Origin: a bacterium
Lineage (GTDB): Bacteria > Patescibacteriota > Minisyncoccia > Phycocordibacterales > Phycocordibacteraceae
NCBI GenBank assembly: GCA_021778295.1
Contig: JAJYCP010000001.1
Span: 2,390 to 66,389 of the forward strand
Reading direction: 5' to 3'
DNA length: 64,000 nt
Shown here: piece by piece, positions 19,727 through 36,752 of the stretch
Position numbering within the stretch: the stretch's first letter is position 1
How the letters are laid out: the number at the start of each line of letters is the position of its first letter
Notes under the pieces: generated by a model
Told to the model about the DNA's origin: nothing
The model's input: the letters and a program-made list of their open reading frames with translations, nothing else
The model's database searches: none
Position numbers and translations under genes: made by a program

Positions 19727-20386
19727 ATGTTGCGATTTCATCTCATTACCCTTTTTTCTGACGCATGCGACACGTACCTGTCGGCGTCCATCATCGGCCG
19801 TGCGCGCACAGAGAAGAAGATTTCAATAACGTATCAAAACCCGCGCGACTTCGTCGACAACAAATGGGGGAAAGTTGACGAGCGCCCCTATGGCGGCGGT
19901 CCGGGGATGGTGATGACGGCGCTTCCGATTGTGAGAGCAGTTGAGAAGTCTCTTAAGACGCGCGCCGCCGCGAAGCGGCGGCGCGTGATCATCTGGTTTT
20001 CTCCAAGCGGGAAGCAGTTTACAAACAAAGATGCCGATGCCCTCGCAAAATACCAAGATGTCATCTTGGTATGCGGACGGTATGAGGGCATAGATGAACG
20101 GGCAAAAAAAATTCTCAAAACGCTCGCGCCTCTGAAAGAGTTCGCGGTCGGAGAAGCAGTCTATACCGGCGCTGAAGTACCGGCGCTTGCGATCGTTGAT
20201 GCGGTTACGCGCCGGCTGCCGGGTGTGCTCGGTAAAGACACATCGGTGGAGGAGCGTCGCATCGCCTCTCGCGCGGTTTACACCCGCCCAGAAACCATTT
20301 CATATAAGGGGAAGAACTACCGTGTTCCCAAAGTCCTCCAGACCGGCCACCATGCGAACATCGACGCCTGGCGCACGCGTCGCTGA
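19727..20386 (+). CDS. trmD: tRNA (guanine-N1)-methyltransferase
   Basis: VDERPYGGGPGMV, LVCGRYEGIDER, YTRP, VPKVL. Confidence 0.95.
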   Translation: MLRFHLITLFSDACDTYLSASIIGRARTEKKISITYQNPRDFVDNKWGKVDERPYGGGPGMVMTALPIVRAVEKSLKTRAAAKRRRVIIWFSPSGKQFTNKDADALAKYQDVILVCGRYEGIDERAKKILKTLAPLKEFAVGEAVYTGAEVPALAIVDAVTRRLPGVLGKDTSVEERRIASRAVYTRPETISYKGKNYRVPKVLQTGHHANIDAWRTRR

Positions 20387-20623
20387 TATTTATCCCCAGA
20401 GCCTCTTGCTATAAAAGAGGCGGCCTGATACAGTAGTGTCATCAGATACGAGTGAGTAACGGAGGGCGTGGAGCATAAAGATTAATACGGGAACTGAAAG
20501 AACGCATAGCGACAGCGGATTCGTGTCCGCGCGTTTGCATTTACTACGGACACAAGCAAAAAGGGGTTGCCACTATATTTTTCCAAGGGATAAAGTTTAC
20601 TTATTACTTCACGCCACGCTCAC

Positions 20624-23800
<3,177 letters not shown>

Positions 23801-23824
23801 CTTTATTAATTTTCCCGAACCCCT

Positions 23825-27541
<3,717 letters not shown>

Positions 27542-27543
27542 CC

Positions 27544-29232
27544 ATGGCACAAGATACGGTCGCTTTGATAAAGGACCGTCTCTCCATTGTCGAGATCGTG
27601 AGTCCGTACGTGAAGCTCACGCGCGCAGGAAAATCACTGCGGGGGCTCTGCCCCTTCCACAAAGAAAAAACGCCTTCTTTCCACGTGAGTCCCGAACGCG
27701 GCACATTTCACTGTTTCGGCTGCGGCGAGGGGGGCGACGGATTTTCGTTCATTGAAAAAGTCGAGAATGTGGACTTCAAGGACGCGCTGAAAATCCTCGC
27801 CGAGAAAGCAGGCGTCGCCGTCGAATATTCGGGAGGAAGAAACCGTGAAGACGCGTCAAAGAGAGAACGCCTGTACGCGCTCATGAGCCGCGCAAGCGCA
27901 TGGTACGCGGGCAAGCTTGCCGGGAGCCCCGCCGAAGCGTATGCGAAGAAGCGTGGTCTCAAGGACGAAACAATTCGCGCATGGCAACTCGGTTACGCGC
28001 CTGACGCGTGGCGCGCCCTGCTCGAAGCGCTGACCGGCGAAGGATTCACGATACAGGAGCTACACGAAGCGGGACTGATAAAAGAGGCGGACGGGAAGCA
28101 GGGCACATACTACGACCGGTTCCGCAAACGGCTTCTGTTCCCGATATGTGATGCTTCGGGTCGTGTCGTCGCGTTTACGGGGCGCGCTCTTGCGGCGGAC
28201 GAGCTCGCGAAGTATCTCAACTCGCCGGAGACCGAGCTTTACCGAAAGTCCGAAATTCTTTTCGGTATGAGCGTCGCAAAGGAGGCAATACGAGCCCGTG
28301 GATTCACCATGCTCGTCGAGGGACAAATAGACGTCCTGCATGCGCATCAGGCGGGATTTACCAATGCAGTCGCGCTTTCAGGCACCGCGCTTTCCGAACG
28401 TCATCTCAGCGTGATGAAGCGTTACAGCGAAAATCTCATGCTCGTGCTCGATGCCGATCCAGCCGGACTCAAGGCGACCGCGCGCGCGGCGGCCCTTGCG
28501 CTTTCCTCGCTCATGCGGGTAAAGGCGGCCCGACTTCCCGCAGGGAAAGATCCGGCCGATCTCATCGGTGAAGACCCGAGCGAATTCACCAAGCGCATCA
28601 CCGAAGCGAAACCGATCGTCGAATTCTTCCTCGCGGAATTGGCCGAACAAGAACGCGACCCTCATCGGCTTGTGCGCCGCGCCGAGGAAATAGTGCTTCC
28701 ACTGCTCTCTGCGCTGCCGAGCCCCATGGAACGGGAACATTTCATCCAAATTGCCGCGCGTTCGCTCGGACTGTCGGATGAAGCCGTCCGAGAGTCGCTT
28801 CGGCGCATCGCGCGACAGCCGGAAGCGCACAAGAGCGTTCAGAAAACTCAGGTATCGAGCGCGTCTGCGCGCGCGCCGAGCGCCATCCGCTCGGAACAGC
28901 TTCTTGCCGTTGTTCACTCATACCCCGGCTCGCCGCTTGCGGAGCGCGTCAAATCAGAGTATCTTCGAATTACTGAAGCTCACGCGCTACCGCTTGAAAC
29001 CCCTCCGGAATCTGCTCTGTTTGAGGCGGAGCGGAGGTTCGGCGAGGGTCCGGAAGAGAATGCCGCGGATGAGCTTCTCCACGCTTTTGAAGAAGCGGTG
29101 ATCCGCGAAGCGTATCAGGAAGCGGTAGCGCGGTTACGCAGAGCCGAAGCCGCCCGCGATATTGCTCTCGTCGAAGATGCACAGGCAGCGTGCGCAAGGC
29201 TCTCCGTACGCCTCGCCGCTTTGGGGCACTGA
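27544..29232 (+). CDS. dnaG: DNA primase
   Basis: CPFH..KTPSF, CFGCG Zn finger, KYLNSPET, VEG..DV, LDADPAG. Confidence 0.96.
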   Translation: MAQDTVALIKDRLSIVEIVSPYVKLTRAGKSLRGLCPFHKEKTPSFHVSPERGTFHCFGCGEGGDGFSFIEKVENVDFKDALKILAEKAGVAVEYSGGRNREDASKRERLYALMSRASAWYAGKLAGSPAEAYAKKRGLKDETIRAWQLGYAPDAWRALLEALTGEGFTIQELHEAGLIKEADGKQGTYYDRFRKRLLFPICDASGRVVAFTGRALAADELAKYLNSPETELYRKSEILFGMSVAKEAIRARGFTMLVEGQIDVLHAHQAGFTNAVALSGTALSERHLSVMKRYSENLMLVLDADPAGLKATARAAALALSSLMRVKAARLPAGKDPADLIGEDPSEFTKRITEAKPIVEFFLAELAEQERDPHRLVRRAEEIVLPLLSALPSPMEREHFIQIAARSLGLSDEAVRESLRRIARQPEAHKSVQKTQVSSASARAPSAIRSEQLLAVVHSYPGSPLAERVKSEYLRITEAHALPLETPPESALFEAERRFGEGPEENAADELLHAFEEAVIREAYQEAVARLRRAEAARDIALVEDAQAACARLSVRLAALGH

Positions 29233-29268
29233 CGCATTTATTTTACTTCCCACTTTCATTTCCACAAT

Positions 29269-30513
29269 ATGGCGACTTCCACAAAAAAGAAAAAGAACAC
29301 TCGTAAAACCGTAAAGAAATCGGCGGTGCGGCGCGTGCCTGCGAAGAAGAAAGCTTCGAAATCCGTTCACGGCGCTGCGCGTGCCGCGCGCGTACGAACA
29401 AAACACGTCCTCCGTGCCGCTTCACAGGGCGCGAAAGCAAAAGCGGTCTCTCAGAAAGCGCTTTCGGCGGAGCAGCTCATCGAGAAAGGAAAAGAACGCG
29501 GATACGTCACGTACAGCGAGATTCTGAAATCTTTTCCGCACGTGGAAGATGATGTGAGTTTCCTCGAGTCGCTCTATGAACGTTTTTCCATCGCGGGCGT
29601 CGACGTGCTCGAGGGCGGCATGCTTGAAGACGCTGCCGACGAGTATCTTGCGACGCGCAACATCAAGGACCGCCATTCCGCAGGTTACGATTCCATACAG
29701 ATTTACCTTCGAGAGATCGGACAGTATCCGCTTCTTATCGCCGCCGAGGAGCGCGAGCTCGCGAAGCGCATCGAAAAGGGCGATGCCGAGGCGCGTAACA
29801 TCCTCGCGCGGAGCAACTTGCGTCTCGTCGTTTCCATCGCGAAAAAGTACGTCGGCCGCAGCCCCGATCTCACACTTCTTGACCTCATTCAAGAAGGAAA
29901 CCTCGGTCTGTTCCGCGCAGTGGACAAGTTTGATTGGAAAAAAGGATACAAGTTCTCGACCTATGCGACCTGGTGGATCCGTCAGGCGATTACGCGCGCG
30001 CTCGCCGATCAATCGCGCACCATCCGCATCCCCGTCCACATGGTCGAGACCATCGCTAAATACAAGCAAGTTTCGCGCCGTCTCGCGCAAGTGCTGGGCC
30101 GTGATCCGCAGGCGGAAGAGATAGCGGTGGAAATGGGCGTCGAACCGGATAAGATTTACCAGATAGAAAAAATCAACCAGGATACGCTTTCTCTGGAGAA
30201 TCCGATCGGTTCGGACGATGATGAAAAATCGACGCTCGGGGATTTCATTCCCGATGACAAAATCCCGTCGCCCGTACAAGAATCTTCCGAGCGCATCTTG
30301 GCGGAACAGATGCGCTCCATACTGAACGATCTCTCGCCGAAGGAACGCAAAATCCTTGAGATGCGCCACGGCCTTATGGACGGCATTTACCACACTCTTG
30401 AGGAAGTGGGGAGGGAATTCGGCGTTACCCGGGAGCGCATCCGTCAGATCGAAGCGAAAGCGCTCGAGAAGATCCGTTTCCACGATAAAGCGCGGCACTT
30501 AAAGTCATATTAA
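29269..30513 (+). CDS. rpoD: Primary sigma-70 factor
   Basis: [39 protein letters not shown]; Lys-rich N-terminus. Confidence 0.96.
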   Translation: MATSTKKKKNTRKTVKKSAVRRVPAKKKASKSVHGAARAARVRTKHVLRAASQGAKAKAVSQKALSAEQLIEKGKERGYVTYSEILKSFPHVEDDVSFLESLYERFSIAGVDVLEGGMLEDAADEYLATRNIKDRHSAGYDSIQIYLREIGQYPLLIAAEERELAKRIEKGDAEARNILARSNLRLVVSIAKKYVGRSPDLTLLDLIQEGNLGLFRAVDKFDWKKGYKFSTYATWWIRQAITRALADQSRTIRIPVHMVETIAKYKQVSRRLAQVLGRDPQAEEIAVEMGVEPDKIYQIEKINQDTLSLENPIGSDDDEKSTLGDFIPDDKIPSPVQESSERILAEQMRSILNDLSPKERKILEMRHGLMDGIYHTLEEVGREFGVTRERIRQIEAKALEKIRFHDKARHLKSY

Positions 30514-30520
30514 CGCCCGA

Positions 30521-30563
30521 GAAAGAAGAAAATAAGAGCCCCGTCAATTTTGTGAGGGGGCTC
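30521..30563 (-). terminator. Intrinsic terminator for the minus-strand small gene (possibly bidirectional)
   Basis: GAGCCCC...GGGGCTC stem with an A-rich run on its left side. Confidence 0.55.
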
Positions 30564-30579
30564 GGGCGGTGAAAGAGTG

Positions 30580-30819
30580 CTATGAACGGAATTTTTTATT
30601 CTCCCGGGCGTCCTGAATGGACTGAGAGAATTTCACATATCCGATGGACACGAAGATCAAAGACGGAATCCAGAATGCATCGGCTTTCACTACGGCGAGG
30701 TACATGAGGACGATCGCCGTCGTAGCCATAAACACGCTGGTGCCGAATGACCGCTCTGTTGAAAGAACAAGCGCTACGGCACACATACTTAACGCCAGAA
30801 ACTCCAGAAATCCGACCAT
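30580..30819 (-). CDS. Small three-TM membrane protein
   Basis: GGAG SD, hydrophobic 79 aa, own promoter and terminator. Confidence 0.6.
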   Translation of the reverse strand: MVGFLEFLALSMCAVALVLSTERSFGTSVFMATTAIVLMYLAVVKADAFWIPSLIFVSIGYVKFSQSIQDARENKKFRS

Positions 30820-30900
30820 GAGCGTCTCCCTAACAAAGTGCTGCGGTGCTACGAAACCTTCGTAGGAGGAGTCCTCTGAATTCGCCTCAGGGACGCCACT

Positions 30901-30929
30901 ATCGTAGCAGAATATAGTATAAATGTCAA
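30901..30929 (-). promoter_or_regulatory. Sigma-70 promoter TTGACA-N17-TACGAT
   Basis: Near-consensus boxes with extended TG, upstream of 30819. Confidence 0.65.
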
Positions 30930-30981
30930 GCATCCTGCTCGGAAGAATGCGAACTCTGTTTTTGCAGGGTACACTCTTTCC

Positions 30982-33897
30982 ATGGTACTAACGCCTTCTT
31001 TTCAAGAAGCATACGGGAAATTGAATGCGCAGCAGAAGATAGCGGTCGATACGATCTACGGCCCGGTGCTTGTCATTGCCGGTCCCGGCACCGGCAAGAC
31101 GCAGATACTCGCGCTCCGCATCGGGAATATCCTCCTCAAAGCCGCCGGAGCGAAACCGGACGAAATCCTCGCGCTTACCTATACGGACAGCGCGGTGGCG
31201 ACACTTCGCGCGCGGCTCGCGCGTTTCATCGGCACGGCCGCGTATCGTGTCCGCATCCATACCTTCCACAGCTTCGCCCGTTCAATCCTCGAATTGCGTC
31301 CCGATCTATTCCCGCGTATCGCGCTCGGCACACATCTGTCGGCAGTACGCGGTATCGCGCTCATGGAAAGGTTGCTCGACGAAGGATCCTATAGGAAAAT
31401 ACGCAATCCGAAAAATCCGCACCGGGCTGCGAAAGATCTCCTCGATTTTATGGGAAAGTTGAAGCAAGAGCATTACACCCCGGAGAGTTATCATGCCGAA
31501 CTCGCCGCGGCATATGAGACTCTTGCAGCCGACCCCGACCGCATTCACGCGCGCGGAGCGCATGAAGGAAAGGAAAAAGGCGAGCATCTGCGGTATCGGG
31601 AGCGCATTGAGAAACATCTCGAGGCCGCGGAGCTCTTCGCCGCATACCAAGAGGCTCTGGAAAAGGAGTCGCTCTACGATTATGAAGACCTCATCAGCGA
31701 AGCCGTGCGCGGGCTCGAGGAAAACGAGGAATTTCGTGCAGAAGTGGGAGAGCGCTCGCAATTCGTGCTCGCGGACGAGCATCAGGACGCGAATCCGTCC
31801 CAGAACCGTCTTCTTGAGCTTGTCACTGATTTTGACGGCGCGCCGAATCTCTTCATCGTCGGCGATGAAAAACAGGCGATTTACCGTTTCCAAGGAGCAT
31901 CGCTCGCTTCATTTTTCTATTTTAGGGAGAAATATCCCGACGCGACGCTCATCTCACTTGATGAGAATTATCGTTCGACCGATCGCCTGCTCCTTGCGGC
32001 GCATGATCTTATCGCTCCCGCTCCCGTGCCTTCTCCAAAACTGCGCCCGCGGCTCACGGCCGTGCGCGGAGCGGGCGGGCAACTGTTCGAGGCGGTATGC
32101 GATACGCCAAGCGCGGAATACGGAGTCATCCGCGCCCGTATCGAACAACTTCACGGATCGGGCGTGCCGTACGAAGACATCGCCATCCTCACGAAGAAAA
32201 ACGCGGATGTGCTCGCTCTGGCGGAGATGCTTCGCACCGCCGGTATTCCGGAAGACCATACAAGCGCGGAGATAAGCGCTCTTGCGCATCCGGCAATCTC
32301 GCTTTTTATAGCGCTCATCCGCGCCGCGACGAACCTTGAGGATGACGCACCGCTTGCTCGCGCGCTCTTTTTGCCCGGCTTGCCCGGCACGCTCGGGGAG
32401 CGTATGCGGCTTCTCGCGCTTCCGCGGGAAGGGAAGCCGCTTGCCGCCGTGCTTGCGGAGAAGGGTACCGGCGAAATGCGTGCGTGGATGCGGAAGCTCA
32501 CGAAACTCTCGGAAGAGATGCCGGCGACACCGCTCATTCCTTGGCTTTCGCGGCTCGCTCATCTGAGCGGCTTTGTCGCGGGGATACTTTCTCTCGCCGA
32601 AAACGAGAGCGCATACGAAGCGTATCAGGGTTTTATGGATGAGGCGGCGTTCCTCGCCAAGGAGAATCCGAGCGCGACGGCATCGGATTTCCTGGCCTAC
32701 CTTACGCGCATCGAGAAGTACGAGCTTAAGATACAGCGCCCTCGCACAAAACGTTCGGGCGTGCGCATCATGACCGTGCATGGCGCGAAAGGACTTGAAT
32801 TCCCGCATGTCATCATCGCGCACGCGACCGACGAGACATGGCTGCGCGGGCGGGCCGACGAGTTTTCCCTGCTGCTTAAGAGCGAAGACGATGAACACGA
32901 TATGCGCCGCTTGCTTTATGTGGCGCTCACGCGCGCCAAAGACAGCGTGATCATAACGCGATCACAGACGACTGAAGAGAACCATGCGCAGACGCCGCTC
33001 AGGTTTCTCATCGATCTCGCGCCGCATCTGGGAAAGGCGGATTTCCCGCCATCGGTCTCCGTCCCTGTACCGTACGAAGCGCGCACCATACTTGATCCTG
33101 TCTTCCTGAAAGCGCGCCTGCTTGCACAGGGTTTTTCGCCGACCGGTTTTAATAACTACTGCGCCTCGCCGTGGCAATACTATTTCCGTACGCTCCTGCG
33201 GCTTCCGGACGCGCAGACGCGCTGGATGCTTTTCGGCACGGCCATTCATGCCGGCCTGAAATCCTATGCCGATAACGTACGGAAAGGCACCGCGGCGCCC
33301 GAAGATGCTGTCGTCGCCTTCCGTTACGAGCTGTCGCGTCTTCCGATTACTGCGCTCGATAGAAAGGAGCTCATGGAAACCGGTGCGCAGGCGCTCCGCG
33401 CCTACCTTGCGAAGGAAGGGCATTCCATGAAAGATGCGTGCGAATCTGAATTTCTTATAGAAGTATCGCTTGCAGTCCCGGGCGTCGGTGCCGTGCCGCT
33501 TACCGGGAAGCTTGATCGTTTGGATAGGAAAGCGGACGGTTCAGTCCTGGTCATCGATTACAAAACCGGTAAAGCAAGAAGCGAAAACGACATAAAAGGT
33601 CGTACCAAAAATAGCACGGGTGACTACTACCGCCAGCTGGTTTTTTATAAGTTGCTGCTCAAAAAAGACGGCCGGTACACCACGAACGAGGCTGCGCTTC
33701 ACTTCGTCGAGCCGAACGAAAAGGGAGACATCATTATCCGCCGCTTCACGATCAGCGATGCCGAGGTCGAAGCGCTCGAAGCGGAGCTTGTTTCTGCGGC
33801 ACAGGCAATCGCAGACGGTTCCGCATTTACCGCAGCGTGTGATTCTGCCAGATGCGATTACTGCGATTTGGCAGGGCTTCTTCTCAAACAGGAATGA
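30982..33897 (+). CDS. UvrD/REP-family helicase with C-terminal PD-(D/E)xK (RecB-like) nuclease
   Basis: AGPGTGKT, DEHQD, GDEKQAIY, NYRS, TVHGAKGLEF, YVALTRAK; GKLDR...IDYKTG...QLVFY; terminal CxxC. Confidence 0.92.
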   Translation: MVLTPSFQEAYGKLNAQQKIAVDTIYGPVLVIAGPGTGKTQILALRIGNILLKAAGAKPDEILALTYTDSAVATLRARLARFIGTAAYRVRIHTFHSFARSILELRPDLFPRIALGTHLSAVRGIALMERLLDEGSYRKIRNPKNPHRAAKDLLDFMGKLKQEHYTPESYHAELAAAYETLAADPDRIHARGAHEGKEKGEHLRYRERIEKHLEAAELFAAYQEALEKESLYDYEDLISEAVRGLEENEEFRAEVGERSQFVLADEHQDANPSQNRLLELVTDFDGAPNLFIVGDEKQAIYRFQGASLASFFYFREKYPDATLISLDENYRSTDRLLLAAHDLIAPAPVPSPKLRPRLTAVRGAGGQLFEAVCDTPSAEYGVIRARIEQLHGSGVPYEDIAILTKKNADVLALAEMLRTAGIPEDHTSAEISALAHPAISLFIALIRAATNLEDDAPLARALFLPGLPGTLGERMRLLALPREGKPLAAVLAEKGTGEMRAWMRKLTKLSEEMPATPLIPWLSRLAHLSGFVAGILSLAENESAYEAYQGFMDEAAFLAKENPSATASDFLAYLTRIEKYELKIQRPRTKRSGVRIMTVHGAKGLEFPHVIIAHATDETWLRGRADEFSLLLKSEDDEHDMRRLLYVALTRAKDSVIITRSQTTEENHAQTPLRFLIDLAPHLGKADFPPSVSVPVPYEARTILDPVFLKARLLAQGFSPTGFNNYCASPWQYYFRTLLRLPDAQTRWMLFGTAIHAGLKSYADNVRKGTAAPEDAVVAFRYELSRLPITALDRKELMETGAQALRAYLAKEGHSMKDACESEFLIEVSLAVPGVGAVPLTGKLDRLDRKADGSVLVIDYKTGKARSENDIKGRTKNSTGDYYRQLVFYKLLLKKDGRYTTNEAALHFVEPNEKGDIIIRRFTISDAEVEALEAELVSAAQAIADGSAFTAACDSARCDYCDLAGLLLKQE

Positions 33898-34026
33898 TTT
33901 CCAGAGGGAGCGATGTGCGAAAGTTTTTAAAAAGCACGTATGTGTATTCTGGCATCAGTTGATTCCCGACTGCACTGCGAACCCTATAGGAAAGGAAGGA
34001 AGGTATACCATGTCAGAAACGCTACC

Positions 34027-34139
34027 TTAAATTAAATGTTAAACATTTAATTTAAATGCGTACTCTCGCGATCTCCCTAAGATGACATCTTATAGTTATA
34101 GATTCTTTCTCCTAAATTAAATGTTTAACATTTAATTTA
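34027..34139. repeat. Two more TTAAATGTT-N-AACATTTAA palindromes (34027-34055 and 34113-34139)
   Basis: 14-bp and 13-bp perfect arms, 57 bp apart. Confidence 0.9.
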
Positions 34140-34147
34140 CTCCGCAC

Positions 34148-34211
34148 GTTTTTACTGGAATCGGAGAGAACGCCCTGTCCGCTTAAGGGCGGGGATGGCG
34201 GGACTGTTTTA
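34148..34211. repeat. Short copy of the hairpin element at 59220-59392
   Basis: TTTTTACTGGAATCGG...GAA(C/T)GCCC..GCGGGGATG shared. Confidence 0.7.
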
Positions 34212-34889
34212 TGGTGCTTCCGCGAGCGCTCGATCGACAAGCTGCTTCACAACGTCATAAGGATAGGCGCCGTCCATGACAACGGGCGTTTGGCCTGCGA
34301 CGAGGATGAGTGAGTAGGGCGCGCCGCGCGCTCCGATAGCGAGAGCGTTCTGACGGTCGGCCAGAATGCGCGCATCGACCGTTGTTGCAGCATCGGCGTA
34401 ACAGGCGGCAAAGGCACTCCCCGAGACACCCGCTGCGTATGCGAGCACGCCGTAGTTCATCGGGTCAACCGGCTGATTGGCGAAGAGGGAATCAGCAAAC
34501 TTCCAGAACGCTTCATTGCCCGCGGTTTTCGCGACGCATTCAGCGGCGCGGGCGTCATTCATGGCATTCGGATGAATTTCAGTGAGCGGGAATTCGCGGT
34601 ACACCCAAGCGACCTTGCCGCTCGCACCCTCATTCGCAATGATTTGGTGGAGCGTTTCATTAAAGCTCTTGCAGAACTGACAGTCAAAATCGGCGTATTC
34701 GACAATCATAACCTTGGCTGCGGGATTGCCGAAAATATGATCAGTCGGGCCGACCGGCCGTACCAACGCAGGGTTGCCGAGGAGAGAGCCCGTCGAAGGT
34801 TCTTTTTTTGCGACCGAGAAATACACGGCGCCGGCGATAATCAATCCGCCCAAAATAATCGCGACCGGGAGCGCATACGACGATCTCAT
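34209..34889 (-). CDS. DsbA-family thioredoxin-fold protein
   Basis: N-terminal TM, EYADFDCQFC, FPLTEIHPNA, GARGAP. Confidence 0.9.
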   Translation of the reverse strand: MRSSYALPVAIILGGLIIAGAVYFSVAKKEPSTGSLLGNPALVRPVGPTDHIFGNPAAKVMIVEYADFDCQFCKSFNETLHQIIANEGASGKVAWVYREFPLTEIHPNAMNDARAAECVAKTAGNEAFWKFADSLFANQPVDPMNYGVLAYAAGVSGSAFAACYADAATTVDARILADRQNALAIGARGAPYSLILVAGQTPVVMDGAYPYDVVKQLVDRALAEAP

Positions 34890-35467
34890 AACGGAAGCGT
34901 GTGAGTCATGGTCGGAGGAGCGGTTATCGTGCGGTCCCAGAGAGACGTGTCAAGTTTTATGTCGCGTATGTCGAGCAGGTCTTTATACTTGAGCGCGCCA
35001 TGCGCAAGCGCATAATCATAGAGTTCGCGCGTGAGACGGACATCTTCGATGCAGTATGCGCGTACCAATTCCTGTTTCTCTTCTTTCCACCATTCGACCG
35101 CCTTAAGCCCGTCGCCCGCTTTCCCGCGTCCAAGCGTCGCTTCGGCGAGCGATTGGAGCCGGATACGCCGCCCGAGAACCTTCTGCACCTCGACAAGCAG
35201 ATCAAGCGAGCGCAAACGCGTCAGGTCGCCCGGGTAATAGCGATTCAGGAGCGGTATATCGAACGCATCGGAATTGAAACCGATAAGCATATCGGCGTGT
35301 TCAAGGATATGCCAGAGGCGGGGGAGTTCCTCTTTCGTGTACGAAGAATATTCGCCCGTTTTCGAATCATGAATGGCCACGACGGTGAGCTCCTGCTCTT
35401 GTACGTCGATGCGGCCGCGTACCATAGAGTCAGATATTGACTCAATGTCAAAAGTAATCGCGCGCAT
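34886..35467 (-). CDS. RNase H-like (YprB/DEDD) exonuclease domain protein
   Basis: FDIES, GFNSDAFDIP, YCIEDV. Confidence 0.82.
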   Translation of the reverse strand: MRAITFDIESISDSMVRGRIDVQEQELTVVAIHDSKTGEYSSYTKEELPRLWHILEHADMLIGFNSDAFDIPLLNRYYPGDLTRLRSLDLLVEVQKVLGRRIRLQSLAEATLGRGKAGDGLKAVEWWKEEKQELVRAYCIEDVRLTRELYDYALAHGALKYKDLLDIRDIKLDTSLWDRTITAPPTMTHTLPL

Positions 35468-35471
35468 ACGA

Positions 35472-36740
35472 TCAGCTACCGGCGCGCAGGTGCGTCGGCA
35501 GTTCTGAAACGGGAAGACCGATCTCCTCTCCCGTGCGAAGTATTTTCATACGGACGGTCTGATGCGCAATTTCATTCGCGCCGTAGGCGAGAAAAAGAGG
35601 AATACCGCGCTTCACCGCATCCTTCACCTGCTCGCCGAGCGTCCGGTCGGTTATGTTGACGAAAACGCGGCCGCCTTCCTTGCGCAGCGTATCGGCAAAA
35701 GCTTGCGCGGCGGGTATATCCTCGGCACTCGGCGTGCCGAGGTAAAGTTGGGGCGTGTCCGCATTTCCCGTGAGCGGGAGCGCGTGCGTTTCGACGAAGT
35801 CGGCAAGCGTGACGTCGCCTATCGCAAAGCCGACCGCCGGGATTGGCTCGCCGCCGTAGAGCGCGATAAGCCGGTCATAACGCCCGCCGCCAAACAGCGC
35901 GCGCGCATTTGCCGGATTCGTATCAAAGACCTCAAAGACCATGCCGGTGTAGTAATCAAAGCCGCGCGTAATGGAGGAATCGAAAACGACGTTATTCACG
36001 CCGCGCGCCTTGAGCGTATCAATACGCTCGAAGAGTGCACGTTTTTCGCGCGCCACCGTTGGAGCATCGCCTGCATTCTCAATATATGCGAGAGGATCCC
36101 TCGCGCTCAGGGCGCTCAGGGCGACCGTAAAAGCCTCAGGCGTCATTTTCGATTTTTTATCGAGGAGCCGCAGATACCGGCGGATGCCTTCGCCTTTGAG
36201 CCCGGCGGCTTCGCATGCGGCGTTTAAAAGCGGACGGGCGTTCATCCGGATGACGAAGTCGCTTTCGCGCGCTCCGAAGTCTCGCAGGATACGCGCGGCG
36301 AGCGTGACGATTTCGATATCCGCTTCGCCCTCAGGAGGTCCGATTAAATCGATATCCGCCTGATAAAACTCGCGTAAACGGCCTTTCTGCGGCCGCTCGT
36401 AGCGGAAACGATTGCCGATGGAGAACCAGCGCAGCGGGTAAGCGAGTTCACGCCGCTTTCCGGCTACCATGCGCGCCAGCGTCGGCGTCATCTCGGGACG
36501 GAGCGTTACGCGCCGATCACCGCGGTCGGTAAAAGTATACGTCTGCTCATCCACGATTTCTTCCGACGTCTTCGCTTCATAGAGCTCTGCGCGCTCCAGC
36601 GGAGAGGCGTTATATTCCTCGTAGCCCCAGAGCGCAAGCGTCTGTCGGATACGCTCAAAGAGCGCTCTCTGGCGTGCAAATGCGTCAGGATAGAAGTCAC
36701 GGACGCCTTTATAGGGGTCGGTCGGAAGCGGCTCGGCCAT
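35472..36740 (-). CDS. hisS: Histidine--tRNA ligase
   Basis: KGVRDF, LRPEMT, RYERPQKGRLREFYQ, RGFDYYTG, GGGRYD. Confidence 0.96.
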   Translation of the reverse strand: MAEPLPTDPYKGVRDFYPDAFARQRALFERIRQTLALWGYEEYNASPLERAELYEAKTSEEIVDEQTYTFTDRGDRRVTLRPEMTPTLARMVAGKRRELAYPLRWFSIGNRFRYERPQKGRLREFYQADIDLIGPPEGEADIEIVTLAARILRDFGARESDFVIRMNARPLLNAACEAAGLKGEGIRRYLRLLDKKSKMTPEAFTVALSALSARDPLAYIENAGDAPTVAREKRALFERIDTLKARGVNNVVFDSSITRGFDYYTGMVFEVFDTNPANARALFGGGRYDRLIALYGGEPIPAVGFAIGDVTLADFVETHALPLTGNADTPQLYLGTPSAEDIPAAQAFADTLRKEGGRVFVNITDRTLGEQVKDAVKRGIPLFLAYGANEIAHQTVRMKILRTGEEIGLPVSELPTHLRAGS

Positions 36741-36752
36741 ACCCCGATTGTA

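Noticed and set aside
29422..30498. 358-aa minus-strand ORF
   Set aside because: Antisense shadow of rpoD
34027..34139. Possible CRISPR mini-array, parS or dif
   Set aside because: Only two adjacent units, no cas genes, and no match to parS or dif consensus
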